This document shows, one piece after another, positions 42,500 to 54,796 of a stretch of DNA of 64,000 nt. Position 1 is the first letter of the stretch, and the number at the start of each line of letters is the position of its first letter. The translations under genes and the position numbers were made by a program. The notes below the pieces were generated by a model that saw only the letters and a list, made by a program, of their open reading frames with translations, was not told where the DNA came from and did no database searches. This DNA is from the human T2T-CHM13v2.0 reference genome, Homo sapiens. The stretch lies in the NCBI RefSeq assembly GCF_009914755.1, contig NC_060930.1; one strand, given 5' to 3'.

Positions 42500-43150
42500 C
42501 TGGTTAAGTGCTTAATGAAGCATGGAATAAGAGATCTTGGAAATAAGACAATGGCACTGAGACAGGAAAGAAAGATGAATTAATAAAGCATTGTGACTAA
42601 CTATGGAGCAAGAATAAAAACCACCAAAAATATGTTTTATGCAGAGAATAGAGACAAAAGTGATATCATTAACCAAAACAAAGCAAATATATAAGGAGTA
42701 AGAAGTTGGAGAATTTACACATTTGTATTAAAGCATGTAGCATTTGAAGTGACAACAGACTAATGAGATGTCATGTATACAGTAGAATAGATAATAGTGA
42801 TGACATGACTGGAGTGTCAGGTTGGGAATTACCTGCATAGATTTGGAACTTTTAAACCTATAATAATTGTTGAGATTTCTTTGTAAGGAACATAGAGGCA
42901 GATTTCCAGAAAAATGTGGTACACATTTAATAGCTGATTGTTCACAAACCTTAATACATTGGTATTTGAGGAATAAAGGTTTTATTATCCCACAATAATA
43001 AAGAGAAGCAGAGAGAGAAATAAGTGAATAAAATATTTAAAATACTATTTGAAGATAGAAACTAGAAGGAAAAATGTGAATTGACTATGAGAGCCAAAGA
43101 AGTTATAATTGAAGTATGTAAAAGGAGGAGATTAATATAGGTATCAGTTT
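42500..43150 (-). mobile_element. Possible L2 fragments
   Basis: Purine-rich degenerate motifs (atttgaagtgac...gagatgtca...ttgggaatt). Confidence 0.4.
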
Positions 43151-43939
43151 ACTTACAGAACCCCTGAAATACTCTGAACTTGAAGTAAACAAAATATTAT
43201 CTACCAAGTATCCAGATACCTAAGCCTTTGTGTTCTTAATAGGAAAATAGAGGTTTATTCACAGGAGACATTAAACCTGAGGACTCCAGACAACAGAGGC
43301 CACTAAATTCATGTCAGGCACAGGACAAGGGGTTTGAAGTTATATTTAATTATATTTTATAAAGTGAACTATGGAAGTTTTGGCCTTCCTTTTCCTATTT
43401 TACTTTCTTAAAATAGATAAACGGGCATATAGCCCATTTCCCCTATCCCCAAAACTTGCAGAAATGGAACTACACTTCGAAAATAGATTTTCACATCTGG
43501 GACCTGGGAGTCTGCAAATAAGAATGTTGAATTACACAAACCATGAAAGCCCACTGGTTGTCAAATCCTTCACACACTATTCTATATACACGGAGCTCCC
43601 AGTCACCTGTTCAGTGCTTCAATATTAAATAGCAAAGAGAGTTGAAGATCACTTAACATTTAAGTAGCTCCTTGCACTTGAAAGGAAGTGAAGAACAAAT
43701 CAAAATGAAAAAACAAACAAAAAAACCAAACACACGTTCAGAAGGAACAAAACTTAATATAAGGAGTATATTCAGAGAAGTAAGATATTTTTGTTTCTGT
43801 AAAACAAGATTATAATGCTATAACAAATATTTTGAGGACATCACCTTTAAACATTTAGGACATACTAAAATGTTTAAATAAAATTGTCATATAAGTTCAA
43901 GGTAACAGAATAAATGACAAAGACAGAGAATAGGCCAAA

Positions 43940-44857
43940 AAATAAAGGTTTAATATCCAGCATCTATAAGGAACTTAAACAAATTTACAAGAGAAAAACA
44001 AACAACTGCATTAAAAGGTCGGCAAAGGACATGAACAGACACTTTTCAAAAGAAGACATACATGTGGCCAACAAACATATGAAAAAAAGTTCAAAATTAC
44101 TGATTATTAGAGAAATGCAAACCCAAACCACAATGAGATACCATCTCACACAATCAGAATGGCTATTATTAAAAAGACAAAAAATAACAGATGCTTAAGA
44201 GGTTGCAGAGAAAAGTGAACACTCATACACTGTTGTTGGGAGTGTAAATTAGTCAAACCATTGTGGGAAGCAGTACAGCAATTCCTCAAAGAGCTAAAAG
44301 CAGAACTACTATTGGATCCAGCAATCCCATTACTTGGTGCATACCCAGAGGAATATAAATCATTCTACCACAGGACACATGGACATGAATGTTCTTTGCA
44401 GCACTATTCACAATAGTAAAGATGTGGAATCAACCTAAATGCTAATTAATGATAGATTGGGTAAAGAAAATGTGGTGCATATACACCATGGAATACTATG
44501 CAGCCAGAAAAAGAATGAGATTATATCTTTTGCAGGGATACAAATGAAGATGACGGATGTTGTCCTTAGCAAACTAACGCAGGAAGAGAAAGCCAAATAA
44601 GGTAGGTTCTTACTTATAAGTGGGAGCTAAATGATGAGAACACAAGGGCACATAGAGGGGAACACCATACACTGGGGCCTACTGGAGGGTGGAAGGTGGG
44701 AGGAGGGAAATGATTAGGAAAAATAACTAATGGATACTAGGCTTAATACCTGGGTGATGAAGTCATCTGTACAACAAACCCCCATGGCACATGTTTACTT
44801 ACAAAACAAACCTGCACATCCTGCACATTTACCCCTGAACTTTAAACATTTTAAAAA
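43940..44857 (+). mobile_element. 5'-truncated LINE-1 3' end (L1PA13-15/L1PREC2-like)
   Basis: Relic peptide [15 protein letters not shown]...[19 protein letters not shown]. 3' UTR aactaatggatactaggcttaatacctgggtgatgaa. Confidence 0.9.
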
Positions 44858-44963
44858 ATGGTGTAAAAAGATTCAAAATTTTATGTCCTGTATAGCTGTC
44901 CCTATGAATCAAGTATTCTGATTCAGAAAACAAAAGATGAACCAAGAAAAAAAAATAATATTG

Positions 44964-45349
44964 TAATATGGTTTGGCTCTGTGTCCCCACCCAAATCTCA
45001 TCTCCTATTGTAATTTCCATGTGTTGAGGAGGGGCCTGATGGGAGGTAATTGAATCATGGGGGTGAACTTTCCTCTTGCTGTTCTTGTGATAGTGAGTGA
45101 CTTCTCACAAGATCTGGTTGTTTGAAAGTGTGTGATACTTCTACCTTCTTGCTCTCTTTCTCTCTCTTTCTCTCTCTCCTGCTGCCATTGAGAAAACATG
45201 CCTTGCTTCCCCTTTACCTTCCACCACGATTGTAAATTTCCTGAGGCCTCCCCAGCCATGTGGAACTGTGAATTAATTAAACCTCTATTTTTAATGAATT
45301 ACCCAGTCTCAGGTAGTTCTTTATAGCACTGAGAAAATGGACTAATACA
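44964..45349 (+). mobile_element. Solo THE1D/MSTA-like LTR
   Basis: taatatggtttggctctgtgtcccc...aaatggactaataca, with TSD tattg / cattg. Confidence 0.92.
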
Positions 45350-46309
45350 CATTGCTTTAAAAAAGAATCAAGTGTCAAAAGGAGGAAAAGAATAACGGAT
45401 GGAAGTCCTAGAACCAGGTTTGGAAATTTACCTACATTTCAGATTAGAACAGGACACTGTGAGCTCTGAAACTGGTAGGTTGTCAATATGTTTAGGCATT
45501 TGTAAAAGAATAAAACATTTTCATGTATTTGAAAAGCTGATACAGAAATTAAGAAAAAATAGTAATTAATAGAAAAATTTTGAAAAAGAAATAAATAATT
45601 GTTAACTCCAGAAATGACAATGATGAATTAGTTGTTGAGAATGGAGAGATCAATTCAAGAATGAATAATAATATCCTCACCAAATGTCTTCTAGAAGAGG
45701 ATGTATAAATATACTGCATATATATTTATAGATGTGTATAATATCTAGTTTATTTATATATACATATATGTTTAGTTAGAAGAACAAAAAGAGGAAGCAA
45801 AAAGTGAAAGGTATATACTGTTTAACTTTTTATCATGTAATTTCATAGAAGTGTCATTTCATACACAGACACTATTTTTCAAGCAATCATTCCAATCAGA
45901 GAAATTATAGGTTATATTGCAGGTTTTAAGACAGCATAGATGGAAAAATGTAATTTACAATTGCAGAATAATTTTCCTTTACAAGTACAGCAGAATGTCA
46001 CAAAAAGGTATGTCTTCTACCACATATATACATGGTTAAATTTGGTGTTATTAAGCCCTTGTTTGCAGTTGATAAAATTAATAATCTATTTTAGCATCAA
46101 AATATATAAAATAGATCACTGAAATTTTTTTCAATATATATTGAAATTTTTTCAAAATATATAAAATAGATCATTGAAATTTTGTGTTCAGTTACCATTT
46201 TCTTATCACAGAAAAGTATTTCAAATAATATCACTGGTACAAATTTAAAATTCTATAGTACCAGAGTGACTGAGTCCTGAGTATGAATTTTTATCTTTGT
46301 TGTCTTCTT

Positions 46310-47020
46310 TATGTATGAACATTAGATACAAGAAAACATATAAGAGATATTTAAAATAAATTAAAACCCTAAATAAATGGAGGTAATAACATTTTATAGA
46401 TTGGAGGACACATTGAAAAGATGATCATATTTTAAAGATGTCAATTTTTCAACGATTCGACGCATTCATCATAATCCCAACAGGAGTGTGTATGTGCATG
46501 TAGCATCCTCTTCCACATTTGAGGATCCTTATGATTGATTACACTGGGACCACCTGGATAATTCAGAATACTCTCTATATTTTCATGTCGACTGATTAGC
46601 AACCTTAATTTCCTCTGTATTATAATAAATCCATACATCAAAATACCTTACAGCAATCAAAAAGAATGAACTACTTGAAACAACAACATAATGATTAAGG
46701 CATATATGAAATTAAGCCATAGATCCTAGGAAAAAAAGAGTGCATACTGTGCGGATTTCATTTACATAAATAAAGTTCAAAAACTGTCAAAACAAATCAA
46801 AATACTACAACTCAAAATAGTAGTTTATTGCCATAGAAATATTAGCTGGGAGGAAGAATAAAAAAGATGTGAGGTTTTTAATGATATAAATCCATTTAAG
46901 GTTCTAAAGCCAGTTAATGTTCTAAATCACTCAAAATTTAAATATTAATTAAATATAAACTATTCACTTAAGATTTTTACATTTGATTATGTGAATATTA
47001 GGTATTACATCTCAAAAGTA
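46310..47020 (+). mobile_element. L1ME-like fragments with an embedded minus-strand MLT1D piece (about 46500-46620)
   Basis: cctaaataaatggag...attggaggacaca; cagcaatcaaaaagaatgaactact; MLT1D motif ctggataattcag...ctgattagcaaccttaatt. Confidence 0.6.
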
Positions 47021-47263
47021 GTTTTATATAATTTCATACAAACCTGAACAATGTGACATGTTAGTTTTATCTTGAGCTTTTCAGAAGTGATCTGAGCTAA
47101 CACAGGAAATGAGAATCTTAAAACGTGTAGATATAAAAATACATTCAAAAACAGCTTAATGACTAGTTTTAATTTTTCAGTTTATTATACATTAATTTTT
47201 ACAAAAATAGTTTATAAATTTGGTTCACACCAAATCTTTTCTTTAATATTTACATGTTTCTGG

Positions 47264-47783
47264 TGAATTACTCATTTTCCATTGCTGCTGTAACAAATTA
47301 TTACACATTTAGTAACAAGAATTTGTTATTTTACAGTCTGTAGGTCAGAAATCTTACATGAATTCACCTCCCATCTAACTGAGCTAAAAACCAATGTGTT
47401 AGTAGAGCATTTTTTTTTCCCCCAAGGGGCTCTAAAAGGAGAAACTGATTTCTTACCTTTCATAGCTTTCACAGACTGCCTGCATTTCCCTGACTCCTGG
47501 CCTTTTCGATTGTCTAAGCAATATCCAGTGGTCTTTCTCTCATTGTGTCACTCAAATACTGTCACTTCTCTCCTCTTTTGCATTTAACATCCTCGTGATT
47601 ATTGGGCCCACCTAGATAATCCAATATAATCTATCTATATTAAATTCATCTGATTAGCAACCTTAATTCCTTCTGCCACATTACTTCTTCTCTGTCATAT
47701 GATATAATATGTTCATATGTTCCAGAATTAAGATGTGGACAGATGCCAGCATCTGAGTGGGAAGTTCTTATTCTGCCTATCAT
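47264..47783 (-). mobile_element. MLT1D-like MaLR LTR
   Basis: ttccattgctgctgtaacaaatta...gggcccacctagataatcc...tgattagcaaccttaattcc...ttattctgcctatcata. Confidence 0.85.
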
Positions 47784-48116
47784 ATTGGGTATGTAAGGTT
47801 CCTTCTTAAAATTTAAGTCTAGAATACAAAAGATGTAGCATGTCATAGTTAATTTGACAATCTAACTTATAGTAACTCTGGTTTCTCTCTGTGTCTCAGT
47901 TTTTTGTTGGCCTGTGCTTGTGGAAGACGAACTGCACTGTAAAATTTTAATATGTACCACTCTGACTTTTTAACATAAAAATATTTAAACAGATTGAGTA
48001 AAATAATAAAAGATCTTAAGGTATCTGGCTAGGAATGCTAATTTTGACCTTTACATTTCTGCTTCCATGTTTACCAATTCTTCATTGAGATTTCTCCATC
48101 TTTTTCCAATTTCCCT

Positions 48117-48266
48117 TGTTTTCAATAAGTGGTTCATAAATACTGTTAATCAGAAAAAAAAGCTACTGCTTTCAATAAATGGTTCATAAATACTGTTAAT
48201 CAGAAAAAAATGCTTCTGTTTTCAATAAATGGTTCACAAATACTGTTAATCAGAAAAAAATCCTAC
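48117..48266. repeat. Tandem repeat, 3 copies of 50 bp
   Basis: ttcaataa[a/g]tggttca[t/c]aaatactgttaatcagaaaaaaa recurs at 48121, 48171 and 48221. Confidence 0.97.
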
Positions 48267-49466
48267 CGGTATTATGAAAATATAATAATATGTCAAAGGA
48301 CTTTCTTGTAAAGTTAAAAATCTATACTTACATAAAATTGCATCGATAATGTTTTTAATAGTAGATAATTTCATTCAGGTGTTTTTTTATAAAAATATAT
48401 GTTTCCTGAAGTTCACTTACAAGTATTCATTTCTTAAAAATGAGACACTTGCCACTCTGAAATTAAACTTTTATTTTTAAATTTAGTTGATTTTTACTCA
48501 GTTTCAACCCGGAGTTGTCTAAAGTTTCTCAATGAAAAGAGGTATTAAAGATGAGACAAAAGAGAGTTAAATAGTTCTACATTATAAGGCTCTACATTAT
48601 AGAAAACCCTATAATAAAGACGTACTTTATCTACATAATTATCCTGGAACTATTATTACCAAAAGGGCTGAATAATGTTAATGTTGGCAACACTAAACAG
48701 CAGCATGTGGACCTAACTCACAGAAATAGTTATAAAAGTAAATAATAAGTAAATCCTCCAGCTTGCTTGCTAAATAACACTCTAGTTTTTGAAGACAAAC
48801 AATTTACCTTCCATCTACTAAGAGTGTATATATATATATATAAATCTTGTATGTACGTGTATGTATGTGTGTGTGTGTACTGATAAACACACATATATAT
48901 AAATGGTGGGGCAATAATTTTGGTGTCAGAAATCAAATAATGATCTAATGATAGTGGGAAGAAATTTCACTGCATTATTTGTTATTTGTTGCTTTTTTTC
49001 CTATAATATCGTTCACTCTTTTTGAAGTGTACATTTTAAAAATATCTAAGTTTTATATCTTTCAATTTTTTGACCTGTCCTATTATTTTAATACTTACCT
49101 AGCGAAATATATATACATAGACTTTACTATCAGCACATTGTATTGTGAGTTTTGTCTTTTTACAGGTTTATACATTTTACTTGGTAAGTAGATTTTCTTA
49201 GATGCTTTATAGCAGAAGGTAAAGAATCTGTTTAAGGATACTTGTATACCTCTTCTGTTTTCCTCACAAATTATTTCCGTAACTACAGAAAAAAAAAGTG
49301 TGTCTTTGTTGATAATAAAGGCTTTCTATTGTTTACATTTCATTAAAAAGTAATAGATTATTAATGTCAGTTCTTTTAGAATAATGATAAAAGGGCAGCT
49401 TCCTAGCCAGAAATCATCAACTTTTTGAAGCTGAGATGGAATTCACCAGGCATAGGCAAGTATCAC

Positions 49467-52400
49467 AGTTGTAGGACTTTTTCCTTAGTTCGGCTGACAG
49501 CCAGGTTCTTCGTCAGAGATTAGACTCGCAGACACTTTGAAAAGTGAGAAAAAAAGGAATTTATTGGGAAAAAAAGGGGAAACAGGGACCCTCCACAAAG
49601 CCAAAGTCCTGCCAGTGAACTTCCTGTCTCGCAGATTGAATCCCTGTTGCCACCCAGGAAGAGGAGGGACCAGGCTCCACTGCACTGCAAACAGCATGAA
49701 CTTGCTGAGGCTCTACCCCAGTGCACACTCCTCCCAGTGCACAGGCAGTGGGGGGTTCTCAGTAACCCCTTTATACTTGGCTGTCTCTTTCCCCCCTCTA
49801 AAGAAGTACATCTAACTGCCTTCGGAATAAAGATAAGGATAAGGACAAATATCTATCCTAACTGCTTTCTGCTGACAGAGGGTACTGTTTTGAAAAGACA
49901 GCAGTCAGATCTCCCTCAGAGGCCGATCTAAGGGTGCCCAGCAAAAGGGGTCATCTGAGTCTCCCGTTGCATGTCCCTTTGGAGTTTGATGGCATGAAGG
50001 CAAGAACAGACAAACCAGGTTATTGGAAAACTGTATCAAAATGAAATGAGGGGAGGGGTAAGGACAGACCAAAAATCCCAGGCTCTTTTACCAGTTTGCA
50101 TGGCGAGAGGGAGGCCAAAAGCCCAACTGAAAAAAACAAACAAACAAACAAAACTTTACCTTTTCGCTGGCAGGTTGGGCTTTTGGATTCCCTTCCCCTG
50201 AGACCAATCCTAAACCAATCAGTTTAAGGTTTGGGAAATTAACTCTTTCCGGTTTGAAGGATGCATCTGAGGGGAGTATCCTGTAGTACCGAGACATAAT
50301 TATCTGTTAGCGAAGAGAGAACAGAGGAGGAGGATAGAAAAATGAAGGCATTTTTAGGAGTCCCAGAGGTTCAGGATGCATTCGAAAGGGGTACAGACTG
50401 AAGAAGAATGGCTACCCATCTAGAGAGAGGAGAGCAGGCATCCCTGGTGCCCGTCTCTTCCTGGCAGATAGCCAGGGTGCATGAGGGAGAGAAGAGTTTC
50501 CTCTTTCTCTCTTCCATTCTTGTATTCCCGAGACCCAGTGACCTTGGCAGGTGCTGCCATGGGTGCCAAAGCGGCTTGCACCCATGAAGCATAAAGGGCC
50601 TAGAGAATAGGAATTATCTGCTCTCACCTATGTCTCTATCCCACCTACTGACAGTAGCCTCAGAGTTCCCTAGACCTCATTTATGCCATGGATACTAGCA
50701 TGACTTTTATCCAGAGGCCTGTCTTAATTGGCAGGAATTAGCCATGCTCACCTGTGCTGTGCCTTTTAACCTCTGTAATTGTCTCTCTCTGGATCCCTTA
50801 GTTCCAATTTCCCTTCCTAGGGCTTTGACCCAAAGCTTAGAAATTAGTTTGGGATAAAAATATGTCTTACAGGGGGGTTGCGTGGATTCCTTATCATAAG
50901 CCAAATGCTAAGGTGAAGCTATGGAATTGACTCCTCCTCTGACAAGGAAAAGGATGTCTTGTGACACACCCAGATAACTGGTGGCTATAGGTATGCTTGT
51001 TAGGATTTGGGGGCATGGTGCTTGGCTTTGTTCAGCTCCCTTAGTCTTACTTTCCCAAAAAGGAAACCTCCAAGTTATGGACATCCTGTTTATTCCCATT
51101 ATCTGGCAAGATTTGCAGCACAATTGCTCAGAACTAGAATATTGATCCAGGCTTTTACCTTACCCATCCCCTTTTGTTCTTTCTCAGCTGCAGCCAGAGA
51201 TTGCTGGTTGGTTCACAGGAACAAGCAGGGTTTATCTAAAAATGTAGGCAAAAACTTAAAAACAACTAATGAGTTTAGAATTTAATGACAAATGTATGAT
51301 AACTTTTAAAACATAATTTCTCTCTCTCCAGTCCTCATTTTTGTTAAGGAAACAAATCATCTATGATCTTGATGAAAACAAAAATCAATAATTTTTGCAA
51401 ACAACTTTATATAGACTTTAGTCTTACATTTGCAAAATAGACTTTAGTCTTATATTTAGCCTGATTATTTGCATAAAGTGCAGCAATAATAACTATTTCT
51501 ACACAGGTCTTTTGTATTGGCTTTAAAGGAACTCTATTCCAGAAGGAATCTCAGATAAGAACTTTTAAAGCTGAACCCAGCCACAGGTTTGTATCCTCAA
51601 ATACCTGTGAATTGGATGATCCTCTTCTCTTAAGGTCCCAGGATAAACTTTGAGTTCCTAGACCTGTCAGAAAGTGACATTCTTTACTCTGATTGCAGTC
51701 AGGAACCCTGTATAGGGACTGCATAGGCAAGGGTATAAGGCCAGTCTCTCCAAGGGGCTTTCATTGGCTCTGCAAGTCGAGATTGACTCCTTAAAGGGAA
51801 GCATAGCCTTCCAGTCAAAGCCTTGGTAAGATGACCAGTTTCTCCAAGTGTGTCCTGTTGAAAAAGAAAAATGGATTATTATTGCACTGACTCAAACAAC
51901 TATATTGCCATAAGTTAAGAATACTCACAGATAGTTGTTCAAATTCTAGAGGAACCAAGCAGAGAGAATCAAATATGCTCCAAATTTTGTTCACAGGAAT
52001 ATACCTTACTCAATTATTAAAGGCCATAAATAGTTCAAAATAAGTTTCCTTGACTCAGAAAAACAAAATGAGAAAAAGCAATATTCCAAGCAAAAGCCAA
52101 AAAGATTTGCTTCAGTTTCCTGAGTTCAGTCCATTTAGTTAATACTTGTTTTGCTTGATATTCGTGAACATTTCAGCACTTCATGAATCCTGTACATTTT
52201 CCTTTATTCCAATGTCACAATATCCAAAGTTATCAGAAGCCTGTCTTGAGAGGACCTGTCAAAGTTCTATGGTTTATTATAAACCATCTTTTGAAAAGGA
52301 TTAAAACAATACAATTGTCTGTAAATAGAAGAATGTGCAGGGTATTTATGTTAGAAACAGAACTGACGAAGTTTGGTTATCTTTGTTGTTTACAATAACT

Positions 52401-53323
52401 TAACGTAACAACCTTAATTATGACTGATAGCATATATGCAGACATTAGAATTTTAGAAATCCCATACAACTTTGGAACATATATTAGCATTATTCACAAA
52501 AAATAACCTAAAGAAGATTGACCATCATTTTGGCAATCCTAAGTACATCTTCTAAAAGGAAAAGAGAACTGGTTTAAAAGTTAATTGCTATCTGGTTGAA
52601 GAAGAAAACATGATTCCTGGGGGAAGAACCTCTTATTCTTATGTAAATGGTTCCTTCACCAGGGGAGAGAAGCTTAATTACTGTCCTATGGAGTTAAACC
52701 ACTTGGCCAAGGAAGGGGAAGATGCCATGGAAGCAAGGCCTTCCCTATACCCAGCTGGGAGGGGTGGGGGAGTGAGGAACCCCCGCTTGACTGTCCACCA
52801 CCAAAAAAGAAGGAAAAGGCCATGTAAAGACCCCCAACCTCCAGGAGCAACAGGGGTGGGGGCATGGTTTCCCCTACCCTCAGAAGTCTGAGGATGAAAA
52901 GGCTTAGCAGGGACAGTGAGGTTTTGAGTCCCCATTTCCCTCACCCCTTCTCAAGCCCCATGTTCTGGGAACCAAAGCTGTTGTAGAGCTTTTTCCTTAG
53001 TTCGCCTACGAGTCAGGGTCTTGTCTCATGGCCATGAGAGATTAGGCTTGCAAGACACTTTGGAGAGTGAGGAAAAAATGCAATTTATTGGGCAAAAAGG
53101 GTAAAAAAAGGGAAACAGGGACCCTCTGCGAAGCCAGAGTCCTGCCAGTGAACTTCCCGCCTCGCAGATTGAATCCCAGGTTCCACCCAGGAGGAGGAGG
53201 GGCCAGGCTCCTCCCAGCTGCAAATTGGACGAACTTCCGAAGGCTCCATCCCAGTGCACACTTCTCCCAGTTTACAAGCTGGTTGGGAGTTCTCTGGCGA
53301 CCCCTTCAAACTCAGCTGTCTCA
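49467..53323 (-). mobile_element. MER61-like (ERV1, MER4 group) two-LTR element: 3' LTR 49467-49788, non-coding internal region of about 3.2 kb, 5' LTR 52979-53323
   Basis: Two homologous LTRs and 4-bp TSD tcac (49463-49466 / 53324-53327). Polypurine tract agaggggggaa (minus strand, 49789-49799). Degenerate primer-binding site tggttcccagaacatggggc next to the 5' LTR. Confidence 0.88.
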
Positions 53324-54032
53324 TCACAGGCAGCGGTATGACCTTGTATAAACCTTGAGGAACCTGCAAGGCTGACCTCCGGCTGGGAATACATTGTGTT
53401 GCTTCCTGTTGGGTGGGTTCATCTCCATGCAGCAACATTATCTTCCTTACATCTCTCTATTTGGATCTATCATTACTCTGCTACTGCTGCTGACCATGTA
53501 ATCATTTCAGGAGCACTCTAATGAATCGTTCTGCAACTTAAAAAATCTAGTAATTTTATGGGGTGTAAATAAATAAGCCTGGGTTATAAAAATGAAGGTG
53601 GATGTATTATATTCAGTTATTCACCGAAAGAAATAAGCAAGTCTTTCTCGTCTAGGAAATGTGTGAGAAGAGGTTTTTCTGTAATATTAGAAAAGGAGGA
53701 CTATGCTTTCTCATATGTCAAAATCTCTGGCCCATATTAGGTGAGAGGTTTCAGCTTCATAAAGAATCCAAGAAATATTTTGTTTCTCATATTTTTATTC
53801 TATAAACTCATGGAACATGCCAGTCATTTCACTTTGAAAGTACATGTCCAGTGCTACATTTGGTTCGGATAATTTCTGTACATATTTAATGTTTATCAAA
53901 ATATTGTATTTTAAACAGCCTTCTATAAATCTTCAAATTATTTTGCACATTAGATTACTATAATTAACACTTAATATATTGAATGAGCCTACTTAAAATA
54001 TTTTGAGTTCTCATTGCAATAATAAATATATT

Positions 54033-54560
54033 AGTCATTCACCCATTTTTTTCTATACAATATTGGTTGAGCACCCTTAATTTGTCAGACACTATTACAA
54101 TTTATGAGAATTTCACAGTGAGCCAAACAAATTGCTCCTGTACTTAGAATACTTAAATTCTAATATGGAAAGGAAACAAGTATTTGCCAAATGTTAATAA
54201 GTGACATTGAGAAAAATAAAACTTGGCAGGAGTAGGGAGCCGTCGACAGGGATTGATATGTTTAAATTGGATAGTCTTGGTAGATTTCACTGACAAGGAG
54301 GTATGAGCCCAGACCTAAAATAAATGAGAGGATGAGTTATGTGGCTTGCTTGGGGTAAGTACGTTCCATGGAGAGAAAACAGCAAAGGTGAAGACTCACA
54401 ATTGAGAGGGTGCATGCATGCTTTAGAAACACTGACAAAGTCACTGTGGTAACTAGATAGAGGGAGAAAGTCTTTGGAGATGAGGCTGGAGTGTGGAGGG
54501 TTTTTGGTAAGTACTCTTACAAAATTTGAAAGTTTTTGGCTCCTCTTAATTATATGAATT
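54033..54560 (-). mobile_element. L2 3' region
   Basis: tcattcacccatt...tattggttgagcacc...gtcagacact...cagtgagccaaaca. Confidence 0.65.
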
Positions 54561-54796
54561 GCCATAAAAATGGGAAGTAAAAATATTAAACAATGAGAAA
54601 GTATTTAGGATCAAATTAGAGATTAGCAGCTCAAAAACATAAGATATTTTGTATGTTATACGTAGCACTAAAAATGGCAGAAATATAGGTAAAATGTAAC
54701 ATTATTATGTGGCATTTGATATATTGGTAGTTCTAACTGGTGCAATCAGGCATCAAAGGAAGTGAAAACAGCCAGATTAAAATGGGATAAGAAACC

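Noticed and set aside
46500-47680. Local duplication between the two MLT1D-like segments
   Set aside because: The similarity is explained by shared family membership (a third copy lies at 33111-33660). I cannot establish private shared mutations by eye.
48117-48266. CRISPR-like array
   Set aside because: The DNA is eukaryotic, the linkers are short and mutually homologous, and there are no cas genes.
51409-51452. 16-bp duplication atagactttagtctta in the ERV internal region
   Set aside because: An ordinary slippage micro-duplication with no sign of function.
49789-52978. Retroviral gag/pol/env genes
   Set aside because: Only short ORFs with no recognisable protease, RT, integrase or env motifs.
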